Below, in pieces: positions 50,023-60,347 of a DNA stretch of 64,000 bases. The stretch covers positions 25,419-89,418 of the forward strand of contig JAOPTT010000011.1 in the NCBI GenBank assembly GCA_051531975.1, read 5' to 3'. Positions within the stretch are counted from its first letter, which is position 1. Each line of letters starts with the position of its first letter. Origin of the DNA: Spirochaetaceae bacterium. GTDB taxonomy: Bacteria; Spirochaetota; Spirochaetia; DSM-2461. The translations under genes were made by a program, and so were the position numbers. The notes under the pieces are model-generated. The model did not search any database. It saw only the letters and a program-made list of their open reading frames with translations, and was not told the DNA's origin.

Positions 50023-50586
50023 ATGAATGTTAAATATATGATCACAACCTGTAAAGAAGCTAGTGAACTAATTAAAGAGTTGAAGATCTGCACTATTTTT
50101 GAGAACTCGAAAATGGCGCTGCCTTCACTATGGGAATATGTCGACTTACTTGACAAGCAGGAAGGTGAGAAAGGGTGGGGGCAAAAAGTCACCGCTGTGT
50201 GGGATTGGAAAAATCGTCTACCGGCAGAATTCCCTAGTGAAATATTCTATGGTAAAATCAAAGGTGGAGTCGCAGTTTTAATGACTATAGAGTATTTAAG
50301 TGATGTTCATTTTGTATCAGCTTACAGGAATGTCGAGACTCTCAATTCTTTGTCACAGTTCATTTGTGAGATGATTCGGAATGAACCTTTTGATACGACT
50401 ACCCTTAGACACGAGGTAATGGACGAGTTTGGGTGCACAAAAAGTCAGTTTGATACTGCATTAAAAAATCTCCAGATATCACTTAATATTGTACGTTCAA
50501 ACGATCCTGGAATCGAACGAGATACATGGTTGGCATTTCGAGAACAATATTCAGAAATTTGGGATACTCATGTCCCAGAGGAGTAA
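50023..50586 (+). CDS. Hypothetical protein, possibly AlkZ-related winged-helix family
   Basis: ATG 50023 after GGAGG; PSLWE, WDWKNRLP, FYGK, C-terminal HTH-like T..LR...FDTALKNLQ. Confidence 0.5.
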   Translation: MNVKYMITTCKEASELIKELKICTIFENSKMALPSLWEYVDLLDKQEGEKGWGQKVTAVWDWKNRLPAEFPSEIFYGKIKGGVAVLMTIEYLSDVHFVSAYRNVETLNSLSQFICEMIRNEPFDTTTLRHEVMDEFGCTKSQFDTALKNLQISLNIVRSNDPGIERDTWLAFREQYSEIWDTHVPEE

Positions 50587-50818
50587 AACATTAGTTGAAG
50601 AAGATGGTAAATTTTATACGATGTTTATTCAAAAAGGTCTAGAAGATTTCTTTCCAAAATCAATAGAGACAACAATAAGGTATTATTCCATAGGATATAA
50701 AAATGAATTATATCTTACACTAGTCACTTGAACTAACTTCTAAATAGGCTGATAAAAACCCAATATTTATTGTTTCATATGTGTACAGAAGTACTTACAA
50801 ATTAAAATAGATTAATTG

Positions 50819-50860
50819 AAATAAGACTAATCTCCTTAGCTAGAGATTAGTCTTATTTTC
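50819..50860. terminator. Bidirectional terminator candidate
   Basis: AAATAAGACTAATCTC-N8-GAGATTAGTCTTATTT, 16-bp stem. Confidence 0.75.
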
Positions 50861-50929
50861 ATTTTGAGCATTAGGTTTCATTCTTTCTCAAAATGTATAT
50901 TGTTTCAAAATTATTAAATAAAGTTCTAA

Positions 50930-51328
50930 TTAGTCAGTTTTACTCCCTTCTTTTGCCCAGAAGGTTGCATTAAAGTCACCAACAATTGATTTTGCTTTCA
51001 TGGTCAATGTAAGACCATCGTAACATAGAGTAAAATGAAAAACCTCTCCAGTCCAGCTTTTCATATCATTTTCCATTTCTGGCATTGTTAGCTCAAAGAA
51101 ACCAGTATATAGATCTTTATCATTATCGTACCAGGCATAACCAACCCATCCATTGTTAGAGTCCAGGGTAATTATGTGAGGTGTAACAGATTTAATCTCC
51201 ATAGCCACATTTTCGCCATCTCCTGCTGTACTCGCTGTTTGAGCCCACCATCCATCACTTATTGAATCTGCAAATGTCCCAAATACTGTGCATAGGGTTA
51301 AAATTGTTAAAATAATTGTACGTTTCAT
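50930..51328 (-). CDS. Hypothetical secreted protein
   Basis: GAGG RBS, signal peptide MKRTIILTILTLCTVFGTFA. Confidence 0.65.
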   Translation of the reverse strand: MKRTIILTILTLCTVFGTFADSISDGWWAQTASTAGDGENVAMEIKSVTPHIITLDSNNGWVGYAWYDNDKDLYTGFFELTMPEMENDMKSWTGEVFHFTLCYDGLTLTMKAKSIVGDFNATFWAKEGSKTD

Positions 51329-51462
51329 AATAGCCTCACTACAGATATTGTAGGTCAGTGAATAGAATATTTCAAGAAAGTTAATTAACTAATTATATTG
51401 GGGATACTGTTAAATAACTGAATCCATTCCAATACAGTCTCGTTCTATTTTAATAATAGACA

Positions 51463-51846
51463 CTAATCATAAACAAACTTCCATGATCCATCTTCTTGTC
51501 TCTTCCAAATAGTGCAGTATTGTCCCTTTGTTATCTCTATATTATTTTCATGCATTGTATATGATCCATAGGTATACCCAATGTCTCCAGATGTTGCAAC
51601 ATCAACATAGTCCGGAGTCCATATAAGATCTATGTTATCGGTAGTTGCATTTGTAAAGTATTGTAATAACCCATCTTGCCCTTTATATATTTTAGAGTCT
51701 CTATTAATAACCCCATTATCAGCAATAAACAATAAAAACGCTTTATCGATTCCAATTTCCTTAGCTTTTTTACAGAAAGCGTTCTCTACTGCCTTTAATT
51801 CATTTTTAAGATCTAACTTTTTAACTTCCATTTCAACATTCTCCAT
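51463..51846 (-). CDS. NTF2/SnoaL-like protein (DUF4440/YybH)
   Basis: L.W.PDYVDVATSGDIGYTYG.Y, GQY.TIWKRQEDGSWK. Confidence 0.8.
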   Translation of the reverse strand: MENVEMEVKKLDLKNELKAVENAFCKKAKEIGIDKAFLLFIADNGVINRDSKIYKGQDGLLQYFTNATTDNIDLIWTPDYVDVATSGDIGYTYGSYTMHENNIEITKGQYCTIWKRQEDGSWKFVYD

Positions 51847-52095
51847 ATTTGAAACAATTAATTACGACAATAATATCATTAATTGTCTTATATAATACGA
51901 TTTTATTTTATAAGTGATTTACATCTTCATTATGATACTGTTGTAACTAAATTGCATAAGTATTAATTCTTGGGATTCTATTCTTATTCAAGTTTTATTA
52001 ACACTATTGTCAGAGATGCAAACAGTATTATCCAATAATGAAACCGTCGATAGTTCTAATATCTAATAATAATTACAAATTATCTCTATTCAACA

Positions 52096-52123
52096 TTGAC
52101 AATTATCAAAACAGTCATATACT
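52096..52123 (+). promoter_or_regulatory. Sigma70 promoter of the padR operon
   Basis: TTGACA, 16 nt, TATACT. Confidence 0.65.
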
Positions 52124-52193
52124 AAAGATAGTACTATTTAATAAACAGTAGTGGTTAATCATCACTACTGCTCAATGAATAATTGGAGGAAAG

Positions 52194-52517
52194 ATGAATG
52201 TACAATTCAAAAAAGGAGTCTTAGAGATTTGTGTTTTATCTCTAGTAAATTCTAAGGATTATTATGGATACGAATTGGTTAAAGATATATCAGAAAATAT
52301 AGATATTTCAGAGGGATCGGTTTATCCACTGTTAAGAAGACTTTCAAAAGATGGTTTTTTTGAAACCTATTTAAAAGAGTCCCCAGGTGGACCGCCAAGA
52401 AAGTATTACAAGATTACTGAAACAGGTAATAGGAGAGCTATAGAACTACAAATAGAGTGGTTAGAATTTAATAAACAGGTAGAAATACTACTTAATAAGG
52501 AGTTGCAAAATGGATGA
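52194..52517 (+). CDS. PadR family transcriptional regulator
   Basis: QFKKGVLE, YGYEL, SEGSVYPLLRRL, GPPRKYY.IT..G. Confidence 0.93.
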   Translation: MNVQFKKGVLEICVLSLVNSKDYYGYELVKDISENIDISEGSVYPLLRRLSKDGFFETYLKESPGGPPRKYYKITETGNRRAIELQIEWLEFNKQVEILLNKELQNG

Positions 52518-53100
52518 AAAAGATTTTTTACATATATTAAAAAAGAATTTAGTTGGTCTCTCAGTAGAGGATAAAAACGAAATTATGGAGGATCATAAAG
52601 ATCATTTTAGAAATGGAAGAAAGAATGGTAAAAGCGACCAGGACATAATCGACTCACTTGGAAATCCCGTTCAGATAGGAAAAACAAGTAGCAGCGAATT
52701 AACTTTAGACACCATAGATAGTAATGCATCAAACGCTTTTAAAACTGTTATTGCTTCAATTAGTCTATTGTTTTTTAATCTAGTATTTGTTGTTGGACCA
52801 TTTTTTGGAGTTGTTGGTGGATTTATAGGAATATGGGCAGGTGCTGTATCCATGGTAATATCAGGTGTTGTAACAGTATTAGCAGTTATTTTCAGACCAC
52901 TTTTATCATTATTCTTCTCAGATATTATGGATTTTCCTACTGCATTTGTACCAACAATTGCACTGTTTTTTGCTGGAATTGCAGTTTTCTCCCTGGGAAT
53001 GTTAGCTGTTCTAGGATTAATTAAAGTATCAAAACTATTTTACAAAGTAGTAGTAAAATATATCAAGTCAAATCTAAAAATTATATTAAGGAGATCATAA
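52510..53100 (+). CDS. DUF1700 (HAAS) membrane protein
   Basis: FL..L...L..L...EI..D..DHF..G...GKS..II.SLGNP followed by TM helices. Confidence 0.85.
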   Translation: MDEKDFLHILKKNLVGLSVEDKNEIMEDHKDHFRNGRKNGKSDQDIIDSLGNPVQIGKTSSSELTLDTIDSNASNAFKTVIASISLLFFNLVFVVGPFFGVVGGFIGIWAGAVSMVISGVVTVLAVIFRPLLSLFFSDIMDFPTAFVPTIALFFAGIAVFSLGMLAVLGLIKVSKLFYKVVVKYIKSNLKIILRRS

Positions 53101-54146
53101 TGACTCAAGTTAAATTTATAAAAATATTATTAATTGCTGCTGTTGTATCACTTACAATGGTAGGCCTAATTTCATGGATTGGTAACATACCGTCATACTT
53201 TAATGGGGAAAAATCTATAACTAACCTAAGTAGTAAATATGCTTATAGTGTAGATGAGGAAATGAAGTATAATTCAGAAGGTATTGATATGATTGATATT
53301 GATCTAACATTTACCAATATCAGAATAGAGGCTACAGATTCAAATACAATTAGTTTTAATTACAGTGGTACACTAAATATAAAACCGAAACCAGATAATA
53401 AAATATTAGAATTTGAACTTGTAAACGATAGAATTATTGTAACAACAACTGTAAGGGGAAAGTATAGTATATCCCAGGATAATTCTCTTTTAACAGTTAA
53501 AATACCTAGAAAGGTTATCTCAACTCTCTCAGTATCTACTTCCTCAGGAGAAATAAATGTTTTAGATATCGAAATAGAACATATAACACTGATTTCTAGT
53601 TCGGGAGACATAATAACAAACCGGATAAATAGTGATGACTTTATTGTAAAATCAAGTTCAGGTGATAGTAAACACGAAATAATAAAGTCAGTAAAATACT
53701 CTGTCCAAGCTAGTTCTGGTGATATTAATTTAAATGATATTGTTGCAGACGATTCCAACATAAGAACTTCTTCTGGAGAAATTCAAGTCACAAACATGAA
53801 GAACAGCAGCGCTAACTTCTCCTCTACTAGTGGGGATATAGATATTAAGGGTTATACAGGAAATTTAATTACTGATAGTAGTTCAGGGGCAGTAAATATA
53901 GAGTTTAATAAAGTCTTATCTAATGTTGGTATAACAACATCTTCTGGGGATGTAAAACTGTATATTCCAGAGGATTCGAGTTTTAAGCTCAACGTGAATA
54001 CATCATCAGGGGATATTGAATCTGCTCTTCCAATTACAATTAGTGGTAGTTATCGTGACAATAGATTAGTTGGTACAGTAGGGGATGGTAATGGGAACTT
54101 TAGTGTTGTAACAAGTTCAGGAGATATCAAGATTTTCAAGAAATAG
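53100..54146 (+). CDS. DUF4097 beta-strand repeat protein
   Basis: N-terminal TM and many (T/S)SSG(D/E)I repeats. Confidence 0.88.
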   Translation: MTQVKFIKILLIAAVVSLTMVGLISWIGNIPSYFNGEKSITNLSSKYAYSVDEEMKYNSEGIDMIDIDLTFTNIRIEATDSNTISFNYSGTLNIKPKPDNKILEFELVNDRIIVTTTVRGKYSISQDNSLLTVKIPRKVISTLSVSTSSGEINVLDIEIEHITLISSSGDIITNRINSDDFIVKSSSGDSKHEIIKSVKYSVQASSGDINLNDIVADDSNIRTSSGEIQVTNMKNSSANFSSTSGDIDIKGYTGNLITDSSSGAVNIEFNKVLSNVGITTSSGDVKLYIPEDSSFKLNVNTSSGDIESALPITISGSYRDNRLVGTVGDGNGNFSVVTSSGDIKIFKK

Positions 54147-54149
54147 AGA

Positions 54150-54173
54150 AAGGCAGCCCTAGAGCTGTTTTTT
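54150..54173 (+). terminator. Rho-independent terminator candidate
   Basis: GGCAGC-CCTAGA-GCTGTT followed by a T run after the DUF4097 stop. Confidence 0.55.
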
Positions 54174-54294
54174 ATCCCGGCTGCAGGGGCATTGTGTTAA
54201 CAGCAATCTACCACCAGTACAATAAAGCTTAACTGTTTATGCAACTGTTTAGTCCTAAAAAATTGGTGGGGCTTATCTAATTCTGTGATGAGAC

Positions 54295-55026
54295 TTACTT
54301 CAAGAATCTATCTCGAACCATTTTTTCAATATCTTGTAATTCACCAGAATCTTTCATTTTTTGCAGTTCCATTTTGATTTTTGGAATGAGTTGCTCGTGT
54401 TTCTTATGGAGATACATGTAAATCTCTTGAAATTGAAATTTTCCGGTCATAGAGAGATTATACTTCTTCACATAGTCTGCTCCAACAATAGGCTTCCCCA
54501 CCACGATATCTACCCTGTTATGTTCGAGCATAGTAAATGCTTGTTTATATGAGCCTACAACGGCCTGTCTCTCAGGAGGCACAAATTCGTCCACTTGGGT
54601 TTCCATTGTTTTGTTTCCTCGAATTACAGTCACTCGATAATTCGTTAAATCCTCCCATCCGGTAATTTTAATACCCTTATCTTTTACAAAAGCGGTAAAG
54701 TATATGGATATGTATGGCACATCAACACGGATCAAATTAGGGTATTGACCTCCCGTTTTTTCATAGAGGTCATATACTCTGTATGCATCTCCATCCACCT
54801 GACCGGAATTGGCAGTTAGCAATGCTCGTTTTGAGGGATACGTCTTAAGGCTGAATTTAATATTGTATTTACCAAAAGCTCTGGTTCCAACTTCCTGTAC
54901 AACGCTATTTAAAAAACTGAGATCCGAATCGGCTAAAACGATCTCTTTGGGAAGCTCTAGAGCACTTAAGCTTGAAAAAGGAATGAGCATCATGACAAAT
55001 GGTAAGAGTTGTTTTATTTTTTTCAT
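54295..55026 (-). CDS. Family 3 solute-binding protein, orphan
   Basis: ATG 55026 after GGGAGA; PSKRAL..ANSGQVDG, YPNLIRV, WEDL, YLHKKH. Confidence 0.8.
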   Translation of the reverse strand: MKKIKQLLPFVMMLIPFSSLSALELPKEIVLADSDLSFLNSVVQEVGTRAFGKYNIKFSLKTYPSKRALLTANSGQVDGDAYRVYDLYEKTGGQYPNLIRVDVPYISIYFTAFVKDKGIKITGWEDLTNYRVTVIRGNKTMETQVDEFVPPERQAVVGSYKQAFTMLEHNRVDIVVGKPIVGADYVKKYNLSMTGKFQFQEIYMYLHKKHEQLIPKIKMELQKMKDSGELQDIEKMVRDRFLK

Positions 55027-55527
55027 CTGTTCTCTCCCATATGCTGTGAGATTTGATTTATCATTACTAATTATACTATAATTCGAAAGAGAAAGCCAAA
55101 CTCTGACTTTAAATTTATTTTGAACCAATCAATCATAGAAACAAACTCACTCCTTTGAATTGTCTCCTCTTAAATCTCGATTGTAGAGAAGATTTTGAAT
55201 TAAATCCCACAAAAAGAACAGTTGGTTATTTTTGTGGATACAAAATAAAAATTGAAATTAAAATAGACGAGACAGTAAATATTGAATAATCATTATCATG
55301 GTGATATCAAATACTTATATATTTAATTATTTAATTATTTCATTTAGAGTTGGAAATGGTAATCTAAAACACTGGGGTACAAACTGTAAATATTAAATGT
55401 ACAGACAATAAATATTGATACTTTCACCGGAACATAATGATACTGGATAGATAGTATATTTATATATTAATTAGAGCCATTGAACATATCTGGGACAAAT
55501 GCACATTCACAATAAATAAGATTTCTA

Positions 55528-56133
55528 TCAAATATTAGGAAGGTGTGAGATGTTTAAACAGCTCATTGCTAATTTTTGGATCTCTTCAAAAGCTTTAGGA
55601 TTAACTTCTAGATATTTTTTAAAGGAAGGACTGTTTATCATTCCCATTCCAACTATATCAAAAAAAACAGTAAAAGATTCATTTGAAATCTCTGAAGATA
55701 TGTATCCATCATTCCTACCTTCGTTTAATAATTGATTAGATAATGCAATGATTGATTCTCTTCTTAAAGTCATTAGTTCATCAACAAACTTTGGTGTTAT
55801 CTGTTCAAGTTCGTGTAGGAGATCACCACTAAAACTTTGAAAAATATCTATTTTACTTTTTATAAGAAGCTCTAGCTTTTTCTCAAACAAAATGTTTGAA
55901 GTTATTATTTTTTTTAATTCATCAGCTTTACTTGTAAACATTGTTTTAAGAGAAGTATGAACCAGTGATTCTTTGTTTGTAAAGTATTTATAAATTGTTA
56001 CTTTTGAAACCTTTGACTCAGCTGCAATCTTTTCAATACTTACACTTTTGAAACCATATGTTTTAAAGAGGTGCATAGCAGTTCTCATTATTCTATTTTC
56101 AATATTATTACGTCTTATTTGATGACCATCCAC
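55528..56133 (-). CDS. TetR/AcrR family regulator
   Basis: LF..YGF..VSIEKIA..SKVSKVTIYKYF.NKE.L. Confidence 0.9.
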   Translation of the reverse strand: MDGHQIRRNNIENRIMRTAMHLFKTYGFKSVSIEKIAAESKVSKVTIYKYFTNKESLVHTSLKTMFTSKADELKKIITSNILFEKKLELLIKSKIDIFQSFSGDLLHELEQITPKFVDELMTLRRESIIALSNQLLNEGRNDGYISSEISNESFTVFFDIVGMGMINSPSFKKYLEVNPKAFEEIQKLAMSCLNISHLPNI

Positions 56134-56150
56134 ATTAAATCCTTATATAT

Positions 56151-56247
56151 ATAAACTTTATATCCCATTATCGTTCATAAATAATTGACAAGTCAATTAA
56201 ATAGGGTTAAATTATTATTATGTACGTTTTATTGTTATAACGTTCAT
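56151..56247. promoter_or_regulatory. Divergent promoter with two TetR operator candidates
   Basis: ATAAACTTT-N10-ATCGTTCAT (56151-56178) and ATGTACGTT-N10-AACGTTCAT (56220-56247); AATTGACAAGTCAATT (56183-56198) gives a -35-like hexamer on each strand. Confidence 0.6.
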
Positions 56248-56279
56248 TTAGTCTAGATTATACAAATGGGAGTATTAGA

Positions 56280-57065
56280 ATGAAGAAAATGATAACACTA
56301 TACTATTTTTCAGGTACTGGTAATTCACTATCAATAGTTAAAGATCTAAAATTAAAGTTGGAAGATATCAAAATTATTTCAATTGAAAAAATAATGAGAA
56401 CTACTAAAGATAATATAATTACTGGTGATATTATTGGTTTCGTATTTCCAGTATATTTTGGACGTGTTCCTTGTATAATTGAGGAGTTCTTAGATTGTGT
56501 AGATTTTAAGGTGACAAACTATATATTTGCAATAGCAAATGGTGGTGGTGCATTTTGTCGAACTTTAAAAATATTTAATAGATACTTACATAAAAAGAAT
56601 AGGTATTTAAATGCTGGTTTCACTATTAGTATGCCAGGAGTACATCCTAAGGTCTCAAAATATATAAAAAAAAGTAATGAAGAATTTTATTTAGAAAAGA
56701 ATGATAAAATCAATTATATAAGCTCTATAATTAGCAATAAAATTGATCATCCCATAGAGACAAACTTTGGAGTAATGGGTTTTGTTTTTTCGTACTTTCT
56801 ATTTAAAAAGCCATATAACGACTCTAGGAGACATAAACTAGATAATATCTTCTGGACTAATAGTTCATGTAAACAATGTAATACATGTATAAAAATGTGT
56901 CCTGTAGAAAATATTGAGATGACATCTTCTGGACCAAAGTGGCTTGGTAAATGTGTTAATTGTTGCAGATGTTATCACTTGTGTCCAAATGAAGCCATTG
57001 AATTAGGTAAGGATTCTATGAAACGATATATTAACCCTGATATACTACCTAAGGAATTAAAATGA
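56280..57065 (+). CDS. EFR1 family flavodoxin-ferredoxin fusion
   Basis: YFSGTGNS, GFVFPVY, CKQCNTC...CP, CVNCCRC...CP. Confidence 0.9.
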   Translation: MKKMITLYYFSGTGNSLSIVKDLKLKLEDIKIISIEKIMRTTKDNIITGDIIGFVFPVYFGRVPCIIEEFLDCVDFKVTNYIFAIANGGGAFCRTLKIFNRYLHKKNRYLNAGFTISMPGVHPKVSKYIKKSNEEFYLEKNDKINYISSIISNKIDHPIETNFGVMGFVFSYFLFKKPYNDSRRHKLDNIFWTNSSCKQCNTCIKMCPVENIEMTSSGPKWLGKCVNCCRCYHLCPNEAIELGKDSMKRYINPDILPKELK

Positions 57066-57217
57066 AAACATTATTTATATGGCAATGCAGATAAGAGGTC
57101 AAAAGAATAAACCATAAAAGAACTGTGAGAACTTATATCGAGCTTTCTATTAGGTGTGTTAATTTGAATATTGATAACAAACTATCTCTAAATATTAACT
57201 TGATTTATACAGTTATC

Positions 57218-57985
57218 TTATTGATCACCTAAGTTATTTACCCGATATTTATTTAAAATTACTTTTATTTTGTTTTTAACTTTATCACTCTCAAATACTT
57301 CATTCAAATGATTTATTTCATCTAATGTAAATGTTTTTTTGCTAAAACCAAAATATACTGGATTATTATGAATAACAAAAGTGTGTTCCTTTAAATCTCT
57401 ATAGCTTTCATCTACTCTACTATTATAATAAAAATCATAACGTTCTCCAATATAACCAATTAAACGTTTCTTTTTTACTAAACTATTAAATTCATTATTA
57501 TTAGGCAGAGTAGTAAACTTATCAGCAAAATCTTTATCAGTTTTGTACTTTTTATCAAACTCATTACCATAAAAATAACCCAAATGAATGCCTATATTAC
57601 CTGGAAGTTTTTTTATGTCATTTAAACTATTTATTATATAATCCGATTCTTCTGGAAAAAACAGAGACATAGTTTCATACATCTGTGGTCCTATAAAATA
57701 AATATATTCATTTCGCTCTTCTTTAAGTGATAAATTAGTCATGATGTCTAAATCTCCATGTTTTAATTGAACAAGAGATCTGGTAAAGGGCAGATTTACA
57801 TGTTTGTATGTATAACCTGCTTCTAAAAGTAGTGCATTTATTAGTTCTATAGAAAGACCTTGCCATCTATTATTTTCGAAGTAGTAATGTGGAGGATAAT
57901 TATAAACTCTATAGGTTCGTTCAGTTTGAGAAAAACAAACTGAAAACATATTAAGTAGTACAAAAAATATAAAATATCTTTTCAT
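57218..57985 (-). CDS. Family 3 solute-binding protein, orphan
   Basis: YPPHY, GLSIEL, PFTRSL, ERN.YI.F, GYFYG.EF, FGFSKK. Confidence 0.8.
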   Translation of the reverse strand: MKRYFIFFVLLNMFSVCFSQTERTYRVYNYPPHYYFENNRWQGLSIELINALLLEAGYTYKHVNLPFTRSLVQLKHGDLDIMTNLSLKEERNEYIYFIGPQMYETMSLFFPEESDYIINSLNDIKKLPGNIGIHLGYFYGNEFDKKYKTDKDFADKFTTLPNNNEFNSLVKKKRLIGYIGERYDFYYNSRVDESYRDLKEHTFVIHNNPVYFGFSKKTFTLDEINHLNEVFESDKVKNKIKVILNKYRVNNLGDQ

Positions 57986-58222
57986 TAAATAACTCCATGT
58001 TATTAATACTAAACAATTTAGAACTGATTTAACACCCTATCTGATAGGAATATTAAAATACACATTTTTTTTACAAATAAAAAAAAACAAATCAATTATA
58101 CAGATAAAAACTATAAAACAAAAAATGATTATGTTAAAATAATTGGTGAAACAGCTTTCATAACAACATAAGGATTTCTTTTTTAGCAAAAAGATCTTTT
58201 AAATCTATAAAAGAGGGAAAAT

Positions 58223-58948
58223 ATGACTAAACATATAAAATTAATTTTATTATTACTAGTTGGCAGTTTTTTGACAATGAATCTTTTAGCTCAAGAAGAG
58301 ACAAACCTGCGTTACACTACATTAGATGGTGGATTACCACTTAAATCTAGTCCTTCGATGATGTCAAAAACAATAGATCTAATACCAGCAGGGGATATAG
58401 TTCAGATTATTAGTATAAAAAAACAGGCAGAAACAATAGATAGCTTAAATGGATATTGGTCTCAGGTAGATTGGGATAGTACCATAGGCTGGGTTTTTGA
58501 TCCATTTTTATCCTTTGATCCGGTTGAACCAGAGGAAAATGGATTATATTTACTTAATAATTTTCCTTCTGCCTGGACGGTTCTAACATTGATTAATGAA
58601 CAACTGGTAATATTGAGTTCAAGGTACGTTGAAACATCAAATATTCAAATCGATAAAACAGAGCCACTTTATCCTGATCTTCGTTTTAATTTGGGGCAGG
58701 AAACAGAAATGTTCACCATCAAAGAAGTTCTTCGTTATGGATTAAACAGTTACGGTTTTACAATATATAACATGTCTACAGGACAAAAATATGAAGCACA
58801 TTTTAAGTTACTTAACCAAAAATTTAGTGCAGAATGGACTAATTTAAGAGGACAGGGCATGAAAGTTATTACAGTTAACAGTGAACACACACAAGAATAT
58901 GATCAATATGAAGAAGATTATGATGATGAATATGAAGATGAATATTAG
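58223..58948 (+). CDS. Secreted SH3 domain protein with acidic tail
   Basis: Signal peptide; GL.LKSSPS...IP.G..V, G.W.QV.W...GWVF; tail EYDQYEEDYDDEYEDEY. Confidence 0.7.
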   Translation: MTKHIKLILLLLVGSFLTMNLLAQEETNLRYTTLDGGLPLKSSPSMMSKTIDLIPAGDIVQIISIKKQAETIDSLNGYWSQVDWDSTIGWVFDPFLSFDPVEPEENGLYLLNNFPSAWTVLTLINEQLVILSSRYVETSNIQIDKTEPLYPDLRFNLGQETEMFTIKEVLRYGLNSYGFTIYNMSTGQKYEAHFKLLNQKFSAEWTNLRGQGMKVITVNSEHTQEYDQYEEDYDDEYEDEY

Positions 58949-59128
58949 TAAATTTCCTGTTCGATGTTATCTTTTTTAATGGCCTATAAAATAATATAAG
59001 AATTAATACTTCAGTTGAAAATATAATAGAACCACTATTTTATCATCAGAAAAATGACTTTTATATTAAGTTCTAAATAGATATACTCAAATTATTATAA
59101 AAATTAGATAATTATCGGAAAAGTAAAA

Positions 59129-60226
59129 ATGAATAAAAAGAATGTGATAATTTTCACAATTATAATGGTTATTATACTAAATACATGTACAGTTTCAAAA
59201 AAAGGGAATAATTCTAACGATCTAAAAAATGTGGTGCTAACTAATACCAAAACTTATACTGGAAAGATATATTTATATGGTGAAACTCATGGGGACAAAC
59301 GAATTTTGGAAAAAGAATTTGATATCTGGTATGACTTTTATCAAAAAGGTTTTAGGGATTTGTTTATAGAATTATCTTACTTTACGGGAGAATATTTGAA
59401 TCTGTGGATGCAAACTGATAATGATAGCATATTAAATGTCCTTTATTCTGATTGGGAAGGTTCTGCTAGTCATAATCCTTACTCATTAGAGTTTTATCAA
59501 AAGATAAAAGAGAACTGTCCAGAAACAGTTTTTCACGGAACTGATGTTGGGCATCAGCATGATTCAACAGGACAAAGATATTTAAAATACTTAAAAGCGA
59601 ATAATTTAGAATATTCCAAGAAGTATAAACTGACCAAAGAAGCGATTCTTCAAGGCATTCGATATAATGGTTCTGGAAATGATGTATATAGAGAAAATAC
59701 AATGGTAGAAAATTTTATACGCGAGTTAGAAAAACTTAGTAATAAAGATATTATGGGAATATATGGAGCAGCTCATACAGGTCTAAATGACATGGACTTT
59801 ACAGGAAAAGTTTCTAATATGACCTCTCAGTTAAAATCCGAATATGGTGATCTAATTAATTCTGAGAATTTGTTCTTGTGGTCTATTATAGAGCCTATCA
59901 GAGTAGATACAATCATCGTTGAAGATAATGAATATAATGCATCTTACTAAGGAAAGAAAGATTTGCATGGATTCATTGAATATAAGTATCGTGAATTTTG
60001 GCGATTGGAAGAAGCTTATGAAATCTTCAAAAAAAATGAAATTAATGCAGACTATTTACCTTATGATAATTATCCTATGCTTATAGAAAAAGGAGAAATT
60101 TTTGTAATAGATTATACAAAAACTGATGGAACAAAAACTAGAATGTTTTATCGTTCAGATGGTAATAAATGGGAAGACCAGTTAACAACAGAAAATTTTA
60201 TAATTAGTGATGTGAATTTAGATTAA
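59129..60226 (+). pseudogene. Conserved-looking hypothetical lipoprotein interrupted by an in-frame TAA (59948-59950)
   Basis: ORFs 59129..59950 and 59963..60226 share one frame: NASY-TAA-GKKDLHGFIEYKYREFW. The second part has no RBS. N-terminal LYGETHG resembles ChaN/erythromycin-esterase-like folds. Confidence 0.7.
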
Positions 60227-60347
60227 ATTGACTGCATATGTTAGATATTGTTGAATGATCTCCTACATTATCTTTATCAAAGATGAAGAATGACCGATAA
60301 TAATCAATGTAAATACAATAAGTTAAAAATAAATAGAGGATAAGTTA

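Noticed and set aside
53480..54130. Recurring TC(A/T)GG.GA.AT nucleotide repeats
   Set aside because: Explained by the SSGDI protein repeats of DUF4097; not a CRISPR or DGR
54175..54290. CCACCAGT...ATTGGTGG dyad and GC-rich intergenic stretch, considered as an ncRNA or IS end
   Set aside because: No recognisable family, no second copy, and located between convergent 3' ends
55207..55237. Orphan hairpin CCACAAAAA...TTTTTGTGG in a long intergenic region
   Set aside because: Probably a terminator for tetR or a lost gene; nothing further is supportable
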